Assembly: GCA_016204995.1 (NCBI GenBank)
Contig: JACQJR010000001.1
Location: forward strand, 539,034 to 603,033
DNA from: Candidatus Microgenomates bacterium
GTDB taxonomy: Bacteria; Patescibacteriota; Microgenomatia; UBA8517; JACQJR01
Direction: 5' to 3'
DNA: 64,000 nucleotides
The translations under genes and the position numbers were made by a program. Shown here one piece after another: positions 62,975-64,000 of the stretch. The number at the start of each line of letters is the position of its first letter. Position 1 is the first letter of the stretch. The notes below the pieces were generated by a model, which saw nothing but the letters and a program-made list of their open reading frames with translations, ran no database searches and was not told where the DNA came from.

Positions 62975-64000
62975 CTATTCCTTTCAAAATGGGTAATTTT
63001 ATTTCAAAAATTGTTTCTTTGTGTGGTTTGGAGTGGACGGTGATTGTGCCGTGATGCTGGTCAATAATATTTTTGGCTAAAAATAATCCGAGGCCCATAC
63101 CGCTTTTTTCTTTGCCAGAAGTACCTTTATAAAAGCCCTCAAAAATTTTTTCTAACTCTTCAACGGCGATGCCTTTACCACGATTTTTTATTTTTAAAGT
63201 AACAATGTTACCATCTCCCTTGAGAGTAACATGAATAGGGTGGGCGGGTGAGGAAAATTTAGCGGCATTATCTAAAAGATTAATAATTACCTGCATAATT
63301 TTATCAAAATCAGCCACGATTAAATCGCTTTGGCCCACTAAAAGATCAGCGAAAATCACTTCGCGGCCTGGATGGGTAAACCTAAAATCAGTAAAAGCCC
63401 GGCTTAGAATGACCCTAAAACTACATTCTTGCCAGGAATATTGTAATTGACCCGTTTTAGCTTGTTCAACTTGAACTAATTCCTGGACTAGTTTAGTTAG
63501 TCTGGTAGCTTCCCAAGATAATTCTTCCACCCATCTTTTTTCCGTCGGCAGCTCGTCTGGTATTCTATTTTTGAGCATTTGGACATAGCCGTTAATGGTG
63601 GTCAAGGGTGTACGCAATTCATGAGTGGCCATAGCAATAAATAAGTCGCGATTGACAATTGCCTGTGTTAATTCTGTATAGAGCTGGTTTTTCCTAATTG
63701 CCAGAGAGGCCATAGAGCCAAATAGTCTTAGAATACTTAACCCTTTTGAGTTAAAATATTTTCTTTTCAGAGAGTCCAGAGAGAGAAGGCCGATAGAGCT
63801 ATTTTTGTAAGACAAAGGGATATAAATAATGGACTTGATTCCTTTTCTTTTAATTTCCGGATGAATCTTTTCAATACTTTCTGTATCAATGATGGAAGGT
63901 TTATTAGCTTTGAATGCTTTAAAGGTGAACCCCCTTTTTCTGGCTTTTATTTTAAATAAGAATGGTTGGTTTGCATAAACCTTTTCCAGTTCATCGCCGC
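62961..64000 (-). CDS. sensor histidine kinase (GAF-like + HisKA + HATPase), 5' end beyond window
   Basis: H-box ATHELRTPL, N/G-box HATPase motifs; the reading frame stays open upstream of the track's start (a TTG at 63813-63815) to the window edge. Confidence 0.8.
   Translation of the reverse strand, partial: GDELEKVYANQPFLFKIKARKRGFTFKAFKANKPSIIDTESIEKIHPEIKRKGIKSIIYIPLSYKNSSIGLLSLDSLKRKYFNSKGLSILRLFGSMASLAIRKNQLYTELTQAIVNRDLFIAMATHELRTPLTTINGYVQMLKNRIPDELPTEKRWVEELSWEATRLTKLVQELVQVEQAKTGQLQYSWQECSFRVILSRAFTDFRFTHPGREVIFADLLVGQSDLIVADFDKIMQVIINLLDNAAKFSSPAHPIHVTLKGDGNIVTLKIKNRGKGIAVEELEKIFEGFYKGTSGKEKSGMGLGLFLAKNIIDQHHGTITVHSKPHKETIFEIKLPILKGIDGRI

Noticed and set aside
1-64000. CRISPR arrays, rRNA genes, transposase or IS elements, group I/II introns
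   Set aside because: None of these were seen: no regularly spaced direct repeats with unique spacers, no 16S/23S/5S signatures, no DDE or HUH transposase-like ORFs, and no RT or maturase ORFs. The repeat families present are irregular simple or palindromic repeats without spacer structure.

Overview
The window is a gene-dense, moderately AT-rich stretch of a bacterial chromosome with about 85 supportable ORFs, nearly all short and tightly packed. Its gene content points to an uncultivated, reduced-genome lineage, possibly Patescibacteria/CPR-like; that lineage call is an inference. The supporting features are a split transketolase, an archaeal-type class I aldolase, an AdoCbl-dependent class II ribonucleotide reductase, an ATP-dependent DNA ligase, tandem PBP1A paralogs, a tRNA with a UAU anticodon and an LPXTG-type surface protein.

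Recognisable housekeeping blocks:
- A pentose-phosphate and sugar-metabolism cluster: rpe, LOG-family protein, transketolase N- and C-terminal halves, class I FBA, PfkB kinase, 2-hydroxyacid dehydrogenase.
- Cell-wall genes: two PBP1A, CPBP protease, O-antigen-ligase-like protein.
- nrdJ next to a PduO-type cobalamin adenosyltransferase.
- trpS and ftsH, followed by a DNA maintenance run: 5'-3' exonuclease, fpg, recF, ATP-dependent ligase, PHP/EndoQ-like nuclease, Ogt, then pth.
- A copper and thiol-redox island: redoxin, CcdA, CPD-variant P1B ATPase, CsoR with its operator palindrome, trxA, trxB, DsbA-like protein.
- A two-component system at the 3' edge; the histidine kinase runs off the window.

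Accessory content is dense. There are five type II toxin-antitoxin-like modules (two RHH-PIN, one Phd-PIN, one YefM-RelE, one DUF4258-DUF2283) and two Fic paralogs. A Xer-type tyrosine recombinase lies between two tRNA genes, and an orphan membrane-anchored FtsK/VirD4-like ATPase stands alone.

The most unusual signal is structural rather than genic. Several families of short palindromic or tandem repeat elements occur in intergenic spacers, where they look like terminators. The same elements also occur in-frame inside otherwise conserved genes (5'-3' exonuclease, fpg, recF, pth, trxB, DNA ligase, GT4 glycosyltransferase, PBP1A), adding low-complexity peptide segments without breaking the reading frame. 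One of these families is a recurring CCGAT(T/C)(A/G)AATCGG palindrome. No rRNA genes, CRISPR arrays or transposase genes were seen.

All calls rest on motif and architecture recognition by eye; no database searches were run. Coordinates of features that are not on the ORF track are good to about 2 nt.
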